A stretch of 64,000 nucleotides of DNA from Ferruginibacter sp. (GCA_040003235.1 JBDUCW010000005.1:1665-65664); one strand, 5' to 3'; numbered from the stretch's first letter, positions 29,779 to 39,174 are shown. Numbers and translations: made by a program. The notes: generated from the letters alone by a model not told the origin.

Positions 29779-30243
29779 AAAAGGATGTCCACGCATTTGC
29801 AAGGATTATGCTAAACTTTAAAAATGTGGATAAGAGAAATATGAGTTTTTATACGAAGTGATTTTACTCATTTGCATGATGTATGCACGATAAAAGATGG
29901 CCGTATGTTATGTAAAGATTAAGGAATGGGCCTTTTTAATAAATAAAAAAGGGTTGGGCATCATGTTTAATTTTTTTTAAAACCTTGCCTGTAAAGGCTT
30001 ACAGGAGACGAAGCTGTTGTTACCGATGGGGAAAGCGTAAAGAAATTGGTTTTAAAGAGATCATAATGCTGTTTACTTTTACATCACAATCCTATCCGGA
30101 CGGCCAGAAGATCAAGAGCCGATAGCGCACATCAACAATTGCCTGCTCAGAAAAAACAGTCACGTACGTACAGAGTCCCACGGTTGCTTTTTAAATGAAA
30201 TAAAGTGTATTTATTATTTATTAAAAAGTAAAAAAAGTTAGTT

Positions 30244-30651
30244 ATGAAAAAGTTACAAAAAAATTACCGCCTCATTGTTACAGTAATGATGAGCATCTTT
30301 ATTATCGCATTTACGCCGGCACATGCAGAGGGCGGAAAAAAAACAACTCCGGCTGTTGAGGTTAAATGCATCGGCTTTCAGAATGATTCACCCGTTTTTC
30401 AGTTAACATTTGCAAATGAGGAAGAAGATGAGTTTTACATAACCATCAGGGATAATCATTATAACATTATCTATTCTGAAAAAGTAAAAGGCATTAATGT
30501 TTCCCGGAAATTCCAATTGGTGAATGAAGAAAGGGAAGATGGTGATATCAATTTTGAGATCACCAGCAAAAAAACAAACAGCTCTGTAAAGTATAAAGTA
30601 AATACTACAACCCGTGTTATCAGTGATACACAGGTTACAAAAGTTGATTAA
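30244..30651 (+). CDS. Secreted hypothetical protein
   Basis: Signal peptide/TM (IVTVMMSIFIIAFTPAHA). 135 aa, no recognisable motif. Confidence 0.4.
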   Translation: MKKLQKNYRLIVTVMMSIFIIAFTPAHAEGGKKTTPAVEVKCIGFQNDSPVFQLTFANEEEDEFYITIRDNHYNIIYSEKVKGINVSRKFQLVNEEREDGDINFEITSKKTNSSVKYKVNTTTRVISDTQVTKVD

Positions 30652-30669
30652 GCCATGATCAGGATGATT

Positions 30670-30710
30670 AAAGCCCTGGTTCCTCTGGCCGGGGCTTTTC
30701 TATTTTTCTT
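30670..30710. terminator. Candidate bidirectional terminator between convergent genes
   Basis: AAAGCCC / GGGCTTT stem around a GC-containing loop, followed by TCTATTTTTCTTTT. Confidence 0.45.
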
Positions 30711-31355
30711 TTAAAGAAAACCATAGTCAAGAATGCGGCGTTCATATTTACCGGCATGTATAACAAATGTTACTTCGTAACTGCCTGTCTCATCCTTGCT
30801 GAAGAGGTACAGGTAAACGCGGTTATCAAATTTTGAAAAATAGATCATGTTGGTAGAACGTTCTTTACCGGCTTTATCCTTATAGGTCAGGTTAAGATTG
30901 TAAAGATCTGAATAGGCTGATTGTGGAATAGCAACCGTATCCTTTCCGATCAGCATTGTGATATTACTGATGGTTGTTTTTGGCATATTGGGATAACTGC
31001 CATAGTAAGTCTTCTTATCGATCTTGATAATGTATTTTTCATCATAATCAAGTTTGTGTTTGTTGAAATCAAACAGGCCGGTGGTCACAACTGCTTTTAC
31101 ATTTTCACCTTCGAAGGTCATGGAGTTCGGCGTGTGAGAAGAGAAGGTTATTTTCTTCAGATCAGCGCGTCCCATGCTCTCATCAATCGCAGACATCGCA
31201 AAGGTTGCCACGTCGGTACGCACATCATCCTTGGGTAATTTTGCAAAAGACTCCCGTTTATTTCTTGTATCAGGAATGTTCTCATCCAGCTGATATTGCG
31301 CCTGGCAATAAAGGCCGGATAATAAAACAACTACTGCCAATATATATTTCTTCAT
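30711..31355 (-). CDS. Hypothetical secreted/lipoprotein
   Basis: Signal peptide MKKYILAVVVLLSGLYCQAQ. 214 aa, no known motif. Confidence 0.4.
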   Translation of the reverse strand: MKKYILAVVVLLSGLYCQAQYQLDENIPDTRNKRESFAKLPKDDVRTDVATFAMSAIDESMGRADLKKITFSSHTPNSMTFEGENVKAVVTTGLFDFNKHKLDYDEKYIIKIDKKTYYGSYPNMPKTTISNITMLIGKDTVAIPQSAYSDLYNLNLTYKDKAGKERSTNMIYFSKFDNRVYLYLFSKDETGSYEVTFVIHAGKYERRILDYGFL

Positions 31356-31435
31356 AACCCTTGTTGAAAATTAAAAATAAAATTTTATTGGTTAATAAAA
31401 ACAAAAAAAGAATAGGAAGTTATTACACTAATTGT

Positions 31436-31565
31436 TACGGATTACACGAGTTAACTTAATTCAAAAACCGTGATACTTGTAATAACATTGTTCACAATCT
31501 TCAATCGTTTTTTTAAAGTATACAATTAAAGAGAAAACAATTCGTGTAATTCGATTTAATCCGTA
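31436..31565. repeat. Inverted repeat pair of the ATTCGTG/CACGAAT word type
   Basis: TACGGATTACACGA (31436-31449) versus the reverse complement of TTCGTGTAATTCGATTTAATCCGTA (31541-31565). 9 + 5 nt match, split by a 10-nt insert. Confidence 0.5.
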
Positions 31566-31602
31566 CAATAAAATTTGTGTTTACAAATCCAATCAATAAA
31601 AA

Positions 31603-34545
31603 TTAAAGGCCCATCGCCTTATATACAGCTTCCTGAATATTGGTCCGCACATTCATGTTCAGTAATTTTTTATTATCACCACCATCAGGACAAACACGGT
31701 TGCTTAAAAACACATACACCAGTTTATAAGTGGGATCTGCCCAAACGCATGTACCTGTAAATCCTGTGTGGCCGAATGTTTCAGGCGATGCAGATCTGCA
31801 CGGATAAGGCTCTTTAATAGTGGCGTTATCTTTTTCAGGCTTGTCAAACCCAAATCCTCTTCTGCTGATATTGCTGTGATAGGTATTAAAATAATCGATC
31901 GTTTCTTTTTTTAAATATTGTTTGTCATTGATGCTTCCTCCATTTAACAGCATCTGCATGATCATGGCAAGGCCATAGGCATTACTGAACAGCCCCGCAT
32001 GACCGCTTACTCCTCCAAACATAGCCGCTCCGGGATCATGCACATCTCCACGCAATAACTGCAAACGAAAAAATTTCTCATTTTCTGTGGGCGCAATATC
32101 ATTCAATAAAAATTTTTCACGCGGCTTAAATCCCGTCTCCGTTAATCCAAGTGGCTTATAAAATTCCTGAGCTGCGTATTCATCCAGCGGCAATCCGCTG
32201 ACGGCTTCTACAATTTTTCCAAGAAAAATAAAATCATTGTCGCTGTACACATATTTATCAGCAGCGCCTAACGGGCTTTGTAATATGCGCTGGTAAATTG
32301 TATCACGCCAACTCGTACGCATATAAAGATCTCGGGCTACTCGGATAGAGAATGAATCACTGGGTACGGCTGCATAGTATTCAGGTTTGGGTACGCCGTT
32401 AGCATCAATGGTTTCTTTGTAAAAAGGAATGTATGCAACGAGCCCGGCCTGGTGCAACAATATGTTTTCAAGAACAAGATTTTCTTTATTGGTTCCCCGA
32501 ACCCATGGAAGATAAGTGCCGAGTGTTTTTTTAAGATCTATTTTTCCCTGCTCATATAATTTCATTACAGAAATAGTGGTTGCACAGACTTTTGTAACAG
32601 AAGCCATATCGTAAATAGATTCTGGTGTAACGGGGTCTGCATTATCATAAGTATAATGCCCGAATGCTTTGTGATAAGCGATCTTGCCGTCTTTTAAAAC
32701 CATCACCACACAACCGGGCGTTGCTCCTTTTGCAATGGCATCATTGGCAACCGAATCGATTATAGTAAGTTTTGTTTCATCCAATCCAACCTGTGCCGGA
32801 CTAACACGTGGCAGAAAAAAGGCACTCGTAACTATACCGTCTCCAAATTTATACTGATCGCAAACGGTCACAGGCAATTTCCCTTTACCCGGAATTTTTC
32901 CCTGCAATAAATCAAGCGCAGTGTTTTGAGTAATATCATCATCATCATAACAAACCATCAGGTTTTTAGCTTCGCAGAAATTTTTAGCTGCGTAAGGATT
33001 TCCAAATAACAGCGTTATAGATTTTGTCTGCTCCTGCAACTGTTTTGCAAGGTCAACTGCTGTTTTACTGATCCCGAAATTATTTGCCGGGGCCCTATTA
33101 TAAGCGTGTATGCCGATGATCACCTTCGCATATCTTTTCTTTATCAGTTCTACAGTCGATAAGATCCTTCCTGCATCCTGTTTGTAATTAAAATAAAATA
33201 CATCTGCATTGTAATCGGTTCTCAAACGTTTTGCAAAAGCATTGTCAGCACTCAATCCAATTCCTACATATACAATTTCTTTTTTGCCTGTGCTGCTTGT
33301 TTTAAGATTAAAAAAGTCATCATCCGTTTTCTTTAAAACAGTGATCGCATTTTCGGCGACCAGTTTCTTCATTTCATTGGATCCTCTGTTAAGATCATTC
33401 GTAAGATTATCTGAGTTAACAGGAATTACATTGTTTAATCCATAAGTATATTTGGCTTCCAGTACTCTTTTGCAATGCGTATAAATGTCGTCCCAGCTCA
33501 GCCGTTTATTTTTTATCGCTTCTTTTATTTTTGAAATGGCCAATGGAATATCTGCCGGCAGACAAAGCATATCATTACCTGCGATGAGTGATTCAACAGA
33601 AGCGGCGCCATCCGGAAAGAATTTTTTTACGCCCTGCATTTCCAGGGCATCAGTAAACGTTAGTCCCTGGAAACCGAGACTGTCTCTCATTAAACCGGTT
33701 ACATTATTTTTAGATAAGGACGTTGCCCTGTTAGGACTGTTGTCAATCGCGGGTATATATAGATGTGCGATCATCACACTGCCAATACCTGCTTTAAATA
33801 TTTCACGGAAAGGATACAGTTCCAGTGAATCGAGTTGCTGCATGGATTTATTAATTACCGGCAGATCGAAATGACTATCCACAGAAACATCTCCATGGCC
33901 AGGAAAATGTTTTGCGCATGCCATTATTCCAACATCCTGCATACCTTTCATATACTGGGTTCCAAAAAGTGCAACCTTATATTTATTTTCTCCAAAACTA
34001 CGGTCATTGATCACCGGATTATCAGGGTTATTATTTACATCCACTACCGGCGCATAGTTTACCTGTATGCCGATTCGTTTGCACTGTTCCCCAACCAGTT
34101 TACCATATTTGTAAACAATGGATGCATCCTGCATGGCACCCAGCATCATTTGTTTGTTCAATGGAATAACACTGTCCATCCGCATTCCAAGTCCCCACTC
34201 AGCGTCGATACACATGAGGATGGGAGTTTTTGCCATCGCCTGCAAACTATTAATAATGCTTGCCTGCTTGACTGGTGCTCCCTGGAAAAGACATACGCCG
34301 CCAATATTATATTGTTTCACTAGGTCGGCAACCTGTTTGTCAAAAAATAAAGGCCCTTTTGTTTTTGGATCAATGGTCGATAATCTTACTACCATCAGCT
34401 GCGCAATTCTTTCATCATCACTCAATGTTTTGAAAACGCTATCCGACCAGATTTTTGCCGCTGCCGATGAAGGAAGATCGCTGATCTGCGAAAAAGAATG
34501 AATAGAAGAAAGCATAAAAATGATAAAGGCAAGTGAACGCTGCAT
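31603..34545 (-). CDS. Fusion protein: GH3 beta-N-acetylhexosaminidase (NagZ-like) + serine hydrolase (beta-lactamase/PBP4*-like)
   Basis: Signal peptide. GH3 KHFPGHGD motif in the N-half. C-half has SxxK (SVTK), YSDN and HTGFTG motifs. 980 aa. Confidence 0.85.
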   Translation of the reverse strand: MQRSLAFIIFMLSSIHSFSQISDLPSSAAAKIWSDSVFKTLSDDERIAQLMVVRLSTIDPKTKGPLFFDKQVADLVKQYNIGGVCLFQGAPVKQASIINSLQAMAKTPILMCIDAEWGLGMRMDSVIPLNKQMMLGAMQDASIVYKYGKLVGEQCKRIGIQVNYAPVVDVNNNPDNPVINDRSFGENKYKVALFGTQYMKGMQDVGIMACAKHFPGHGDVSVDSHFDLPVINKSMQQLDSLELYPFREIFKAGIGSVMIAHLYIPAIDNSPNRATSLSKNNVTGLMRDSLGFQGLTFTDALEMQGVKKFFPDGAASVESLIAGNDMLCLPADIPLAISKIKEAIKNKRLSWDDIYTHCKRVLEAKYTYGLNNVIPVNSDNLTNDLNRGSNEMKKLVAENAITVLKKTDDDFFNLKTSSTGKKEIVYVGIGLSADNAFAKRLRTDYNADVFYFNYKQDAGRILSTVELIKKRYAKVIIGIHAYNRAPANNFGISKTAVDLAKQLQEQTKSITLLFGNPYAAKNFCEAKNLMVCYDDDDITQNTALDLLQGKIPGKGKLPVTVCDQYKFGDGIVTSAFFLPRVSPAQVGLDETKLTIIDSVANDAIAKGATPGCVVMVLKDGKIAYHKAFGHYTYDNADPVTPESIYDMASVTKVCATTISVMKLYEQGKIDLKKTLGTYLPWVRGTNKENLVLENILLHQAGLVAYIPFYKETIDANGVPKPEYYAAVPSDSFSIRVARDLYMRTSWRDTIYQRILQSPLGAADKYVYSDNDFIFLGKIVEAVSGLPLDEYAAQEFYKPLGLTETGFKPREKFLLNDIAPTENEKFFRLQLLRGDVHDPGAAMFGGVSGHAGLFSNAYGLAMIMQMLLNGGSINDKQYLKKETIDYFNTYHSNISRRGFGFDKPEKDNATIKEPYPCRSASPETFGHTGFTGTCVWADPTYKLVYVFLSNRVCPDGGDNKKLLNMNVRTNIQEAVYKAMGL

Positions 34546-34668
34546 ATAATATATATTTTTACCAGAACCGCTGTAATAAAGAGGTTCAAATTACTATATT
34601 TTGAGCAAATAACTTGCTTTACGGAAAGCAGCGGACGTTAATTAGATCCGTGGTTTTAGAAATGAGAA

Positions 34669-35502
34669 TCAGTTTTTTAATGCATAGTTAAAAGAAAACT
34701 GGTAGATGGGCAACGCATAATTTATTTCTGGTTTTTTCACATATTTATAATACACGGCTTTCAGGTTGATGAGGTTGTTGATCTCAATACCAAGTCCTAA
34801 TGAATAACCATGGTAAAGTCCATTGGTTTGAATGCCCGGTAGAAATGTACTGAGTTGCGAAGGATTTGTATAGCAACCGATATAGCGGAGTGCAACCCAC
34901 ATTACGCCTACGTTTCCGGCATTGCCCCGTTCCCATGCGCCTGTTTGAAAATATATGCCGCCACTTAAAAAACTATTTAAAAAATTAACGGGGTTGCCTG
35001 TTTGTGGATCTGTGATCTGTCCTGTTTTATAACCCGTCAATAATCTTTCACCGAAATGATATAAAAGACCTGACCTTGTAATTTTCGATGTTTTTTTACT
35101 GAAAAATAAAATGCCGTCGCTTGAAACATTAATAAGTCCGCTCAGTGGGTTGATGTATTGATTGACCAGCTGATCATTTGCTTTTTGTCCGGAACTGATG
35201 ATATTCTGGTTCTGAAAATTATTGGCAGATACGCCTGAATATAAGGATAATGGAATCGAAAACTTTCCCGGTTCGCCGATAAATAGACGGATAAATCTTG
35301 CTGCCGCATTGACCTGGCCGTTACTCATGATATCTATAAAACCACTGGTGAAAATTTCGGGCTTATAACTTTTGGCTGTACCAAGAGAATCTTTTTTTAT
35401 GGAAGTCAATGCCTGGCTACTCAGCAATAACGGATGCAGAAGCACAAGCCACATTAAAACTGTTGTGAGAAAATAATTTCGGTATCGCAGACTCTTGTTC
35501 AT
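34669..35502 (-). CDS. Hypothetical outer-membrane (beta-barrel-like) protein
   Basis: Signal-like N-terminus, alternating beta-strand pattern, aromatic-rich C-terminus (YQFSFNYALKN). Last gene of a 4-gene same-strand cluster. Confidence 0.35.
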   Translation of the reverse strand: MNKSLRYRNYFLTTVLMWLVLLHPLLLSSQALTSIKKDSLGTAKSYKPEIFTSGFIDIMSNGQVNAAARFIRLFIGEPGKFSIPLSLYSGVSANNFQNQNIISSGQKANDQLVNQYINPLSGLINVSSDGILFFSKKTSKITRSGLLYHFGERLLTGYKTGQITDPQTGNPVNFLNSFLSGGIYFQTGAWERGNAGNVGVMWVALRYIGCYTNPSQLSTFLPGIQTNGLYHGYSLGLGIEINNLINLKAVYYKYVKKPEINYALPIYQFSFNYALKN

Positions 35503-35529
35503 TTGTTTTCATACTTATAAAATGCAGGG

Positions 35530-36180
35530 TCAACCGGAAAATCTGTAACTGAATATTTTCCTGAAAGAACTGTTCTGTTGAAAAAAATCAACCGGGTAAT
35601 AGGAGAGTTTTTTTCGCTCCAGTATTTTTTCATATAACCTGTTATTCAGATCAATCACAAGCGGCTTAAAATTAAATTTCACCGGATCCAGTTTTTCCAG
35701 CACGAGTGCACAAAATTCAGAACAGTACAGACTGTCATCGTCATTGATCCTGAAGCTGGCGTCAAAAAAAATCTTTCTTGTCCCGTAGCTATGACAAATA
35801 TTTTCCAGCTTTTTTATTTGAAGAGGACTGCTATTGCATTCCCAGATGCTGAGATAGTAAACGTCAGACGAAACAACAAACGACTCCAGCGAATCAACTA
35901 CCAATGCGCTTTTCGAATGGTCGTATATATCGGTAACATTATAGAGTAATATCTTCCCGTTTTTATAAAAGCCAATTCCGGCATGAGTGATATTGGTATC
36001 GGCAATATTGAACCGGTGAGCGATGAGGCTGGATTTACTTTTAGTGCCACGGCAAACAATATATATATTATTTTCACGGAACTCTGATTGTTGCGTGATA
36101 TTGTATAGATCTTTTACACGCTGCGCATCTATGGCATTGCAAAAGATAACAGTTAATATTATAATGACCCCACTTTTCAT
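35530..36180 (-). CDS. YiiX/YaeF-like permuted papain-fold (NlpC/P60 superfamily) hydrolase, secreted
   Basis: Signal peptide. His-before-Cys order (ITHAGIGF ... LYCSEFCALVLEK) as in the permuted C92-type family. Motif-level evidence only. Confidence 0.45.
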   Translation of the reverse strand: MKSGVIIILTVIFCNAIDAQRVKDLYNITQQSEFRENNIYIVCRGTKSKSSLIAHRFNIADTNITHAGIGFYKNGKILLYNVTDIYDHSKSALVVDSLESFVVSSDVYYLSIWECNSSPLQIKKLENICHSYGTRKIFFDASFRINDDDSLYCSEFCALVLEKLDPVKFNFKPLVIDLNNRLYEKILERKKLSYYPVDFFQQNSSFRKIFSYRFSG

Positions 36181-36200
36181 TCGCCTCTTTTCTGAAATGA

Positions 36201-36797
36201 TTATTTACCCAGTTTCCTGTAAACAGCAATACTGAACGCAGTTGTTTTTACCTGTATCTTATCCGTTTCATTTTTATAATGAAATAAATAATTCCGTTGC
36301 GCGGCAACTCCGATGGCAATGGATATTTTATCTGTCAGCATTTTTTTATAAGCGCCCGTAACAGCCAGCCCGAGATCATTACCCAGATTTTGTTGGCTGA
36401 CGGTCTGGTCGAGATTGATCTTTTTCTTCAGCTTCTTATCCTGTAAACAATAATTGAATACCGGACCGAACTCTATAAAAAAATCGGATCGCTGATTAAT
36501 AAAAAAATATCTTTTAAGCGACAGGTTAATATTCAGACAATAGCGGCTTTCAAATACGTTAATATTTCCTGTATCGGTATAACTGAACTTCAATGCTGCT
36601 CCTCCTGCTGAAAGAGAAAAGAAATTATCATTTTTTATCTGGGCTTCATAACCTCCGGTGACAGCAGTAAATAACATTATTTTTTTAAAGGAATTGGTTT
36701 CCCCGAATGCATAACCGGTTTGAAAAGATAAATTCATTTCCTGCGCAAAATTTTTTTGCCCCAATAAAATAGTGGCGAACAACAAAAGATGTTTCAT
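36201..36797 (-). CDS. Small outer-membrane beta-barrel protein (OmpW/OmpA-N-like size)
   Basis: Signal peptide (LLGQKNFAQ). About 8 amphipathic beta-strands. 198 aa. Confidence 0.4.
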   Translation of the reverse strand: MKHLLLFATILLGQKNFAQEMNLSFQTGYAFGETNSFKKIMLFTAVTGGYEAQIKNDNFFSLSAGGAALKFSYTDTGNINVFESRYCLNINLSLKRYFFINQRSDFFIEFGPVFNYCLQDKKLKKKINLDQTVSQQNLGNDLGLAVTGAYKKMLTDKISIAIGVAAQRNYLFHYKNETDKIQVKTTAFSIAVYRKLGK

Positions 36798-36854
36798 ATT
36801 TATATTAATTTAAAAATGCCGGCCCTACTGGTACCGTAAAGCCGGCATTTTGAT

Positions 36855-37478
36855 TCAGCAAAGTCCGAATACAACAGCGCCAATCACTGCGCCGCCCACT
36901 CCGCACCAGAATCCGCAAATACCTAATCCCACAACGAAACCCCCGAGGGCACCAACGATGGCACAATCACCACTATCAGCCGGAATGCCATTTATCTCAC
37001 ATTGATTGCTTCTTGCACTGTTATAAGCAATGGACATATTGGTGAGCACAATTTCTTTATCTGTATCTGCCGCCCTGGTTCCTTTCACATTTTCAACTGC
37101 TGAAACGAGATAGTCCTGAAATTCTTTGCTCTTTAAGCTTTGAGAATTGTGGTACAGTTCAAGCAGTTTGTTTTTTACAAAATCAGATGCGCTGGAATTA
37201 TTGATGAGGTCCACCAGGTTGAAACGGGAACCCTTCACAGTTTTAACTACTGCTGCAACAAGGTCTGTGTTTACAGTTGTGTGCAGTGGAATTGTTTTGG
37301 AATAATAGTCCAGCGATTCCTGACTGAACGAAGTTGCTTTGCCGGATTTATAATCATCCGTGATTATTTTTAAAGAAGATACATAATCAATACCGCGCTG
37401 ATCATAAGGATTGTTTGATTGTGCTGATGAAGCCAATGTAAGGATTACAAATCCAGACAACATAAGAATAGTTTTCAT
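36855..37478 (-). CDS. Secreted protein with helical domain and Cys-rich glycine-zipper C-terminus
   Basis: Signal peptide. C-terminal CAIVGALGGFVVGLGICGFWCGVGGAVIGAVVFGLC (GxxxG ladder). Six Cys in the last 47 aa. Confidence 0.4.
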   Translation of the reverse strand: MKTILMLSGFVILTLASSAQSNNPYDQRGIDYVSSLKIITDDYKSGKATSFSQESLDYYSKTIPLHTTVNTDLVAAVVKTVKGSRFNLVDLINNSSASDFVKNKLLELYHNSQSLKSKEFQDYLVSAVENVKGTRAADTDKEIVLTNMSIAYNSARSNQCEINGIPADSGDCAIVGALGGFVVGLGICGFWCGVGGAVIGAVVFGLC

Positions 37479-37750
37479 GTTACGTTATTTTTTAAGTTAA
37501 CTGCGGCCAGGTCAGACGCTGTTGCAGCAAACAGGAAAATAATATTCCCGCTTATTTCCGTCAGCAGCAATAAAAAGAAATAAGCAGTATTGTGTATTCA
37601 TGACGTTGACTAGTATAGGTTCATGCCGGCACTTTACCACGGATACATCCTCTCATTTTTGCCGGTATAAAACTCTTTTATTCCGGTGAACTACCCCATA
37701 TGATTATCGTATAAAATATTTTATTTTGGTATACATCAATACCTATTAAT

Positions 37751-37960
37751 ATGAATACTGTTATTGGAAAAAAGATCCGCCTCGCAAGGCTTGAAAAAGG
37801 TTATTCGCAAAAAAACATTGCAGACCTATTATATATGGAGCAGCCATCTTTTTGCAGACTGGAAACCGGAATGCGCGAGATCAGGGTATCTGAACTGGAA
37901 AAGATCGCGGTGATTTTAGAAAAACCGGTCAACTATTTTTTCTTTGATAATGCCGGATAA
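37751..37960 (+). CDS. XRE family helix-turn-helix transcriptional regulator (69 aa)
   Basis: IRLARLEKGYSQKNIADLLYMEQPSFCRLETGMREIRVSEL is a canonical HTH_3 pattern. Divergent from the 36855-37478 cluster. Confidence 0.85.
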   Translation: MNTVIGKKIRLARLEKGYSQKNIADLLYMEQPSFCRLETGMREIRVSELEKIAVILEKPVNYFFFDNAG

Positions 37961-37982
37961 TTGGTAACAGTTAACTATTTTT

Positions 37983-38780
37983 TTATCGTATACCACCTGT
38001 CTTTTCAGCTTCTTTAAAATAACTGACTGTATTGCTGTCCACACTATTTATTTCTTCAAGCCCCCAGCTTTGCTCTATCCTGGGCATCTTAAAAGTATAT
38101 CCAGGAAATGTTCTTGCTTCGGTTTCAGTATGCGCAAAAACCATTGTCACTTTCTTTAAACTATCCGTAACCGGGGAAAGATGAAAAGCCGGATTTTTAA
38201 TATCAGCGCTGTAAACAAATAAGCCATTGCCTTTTTTATCACTGTCAGCGCCTCTTCCCAGCAACTGGTATCTTTCCTGATACCCCTTGCTTTTAGTGCC
38301 GCTATCAGAAAAGGTTAAGGTATGTATCGATTCCGGAAAGATGGCGTCAATGTTTATTTGAGCATACCACTCACGTTTCAAAAAAGAATCAACGTTGATC
38401 TTTTGTACGGGGTTATCGTTTTTTAGGGCGTAATACAGGCCTGATGAACTTCCTTTTGCCCGCAATAAAACAAAATGGTCCAGCTCCATATGCCAGGGTT
38501 TATCTTGACTGTTATGTTTAAGAACCTGGTGACCCGCTTTATACAGTATCCAGTTTTGATAAAAATATATTTCTGCTGTTAACGTGTCTGATCTTGTAAA
38601 ATCGTTGAACGCAGCAATTGTAGCAATACTTGGGGAGCAGCTATAAGTGAGTTTATATCCTTTTATCTCCATTTCATTGCCGGTATGCTTTGTGATTGAC
38701 TGTTTTCGTGAAGTATAATAACAATTACTGAGAAAGAATAAGCACAGCCACACGAATAAACCGGACAGTCTGTGGAGCAT
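37983..38780 (-). CDS. Hypothetical lipoprotein
   Basis: Lipobox-like LFFLSNC. 265 aa, no known motif. Confidence 0.4.
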   Translation of the reverse strand: MLHRLSGLFVWLCLFFLSNCYYTSRKQSITKHTGNEMEIKGYKLTYSCSPSIATIAAFNDFTRSDTLTAEIYFYQNWILYKAGHQVLKHNSQDKPWHMELDHFVLLRAKGSSSGLYYALKNDNPVQKINVDSFLKREWYAQINIDAIFPESIHTLTFSDSGTKSKGYQERYQLLGRGADSDKKGNGLFVYSADIKNPAFHLSPVTDSLKKVTMVFAHTETEARTFPGYTFKMPRIEQSWGLEEINSVDSNTVSYFKEAEKTGGIR

Positions 38781-38911
38781 ATTATTTTTTTATACAAAAT
38801 AACTTCTTTTTTATAAAATAGATAGATTAGTTATCGGCAACAAATAACGCAATCGAATAAACCATTCTAAATTCGAATATCTATCTAAAAAACACGCTGA
38901 CTAAATCAATT

Positions 38912-39109
38912 ATCTGCGAAAACATTCGAATTGCACGCCTGGTAAAAGGTTACTCCCAAAAAAATATGGCTGATATGCTGTTTATAAAACAGCCTTCTTA
39001 TTGTAAGCTCGAAACGGGTATGCGGGAAATCAAGGTATCTGAACTGGAATAGATCGCAATGATTTTGGAAAAGCCGGTGAATTATTTCTTCGCTTCCATG
39101 TCTATATAA
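38912..39109 (+). pseudogene. Decayed paralog of the XRE regulator (in-frame TAG, no ATG start)
   Basis: Translates to ICENIRIARLVKGYSQKNMADMLFIKQPSYCKLETGMREIKVSELE*IAMILEKPVNYFFASMSI. The TAG at 39050-39052 replaces the Lys codon of the intact copy (SELEKIAVILEKPVNYFF). No ATG in frame upstream. Confidence 0.6.
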
Positions 39110-39174
39110 ACTATATCCGGATGAAAGCGGTTTTTGTTGCATGATCACTTAGTTTTGCTGCACAAATAAATATT

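Noticed and set aside
29803-30243. A 441-bp non-coding gap with a 7-bp hairpin (CCTGTAA-AGGC-TTACAGG, about 29988-30005), inspected for riboswitch, SRP, tmRNA or RNase P signatures.
   Set aside because: I found none of the conserved core motifs I know for these RNAs. A covariance-model scan (Rfam/Infernal) would be needed before any call.
37512-37601. A 29-codon minus-strand ORF (MNTQYCLFLFIAADGNKREYYFPVCCNSV) in the control region between the Gly-zipper gene and the XRE gene. I considered it as a possible leader or Cys-rich peptide.
   Set aside because: It is too short to support from sequence alone, with no conserved motif and no evident translation signals. Worth a look only if ribosome profiling shows occupancy.
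37711-37724. Perfect 14-bp palindrome ATAAAATATTTTAT 27 nt upstream of the XRE ATG, considered as an autoregulatory operator.
   Set aside because: It consists only of A and T in a very AT-rich leader. Palindromes like this arise easily by chance, and no second copy lies upstream of the decayed paralog.
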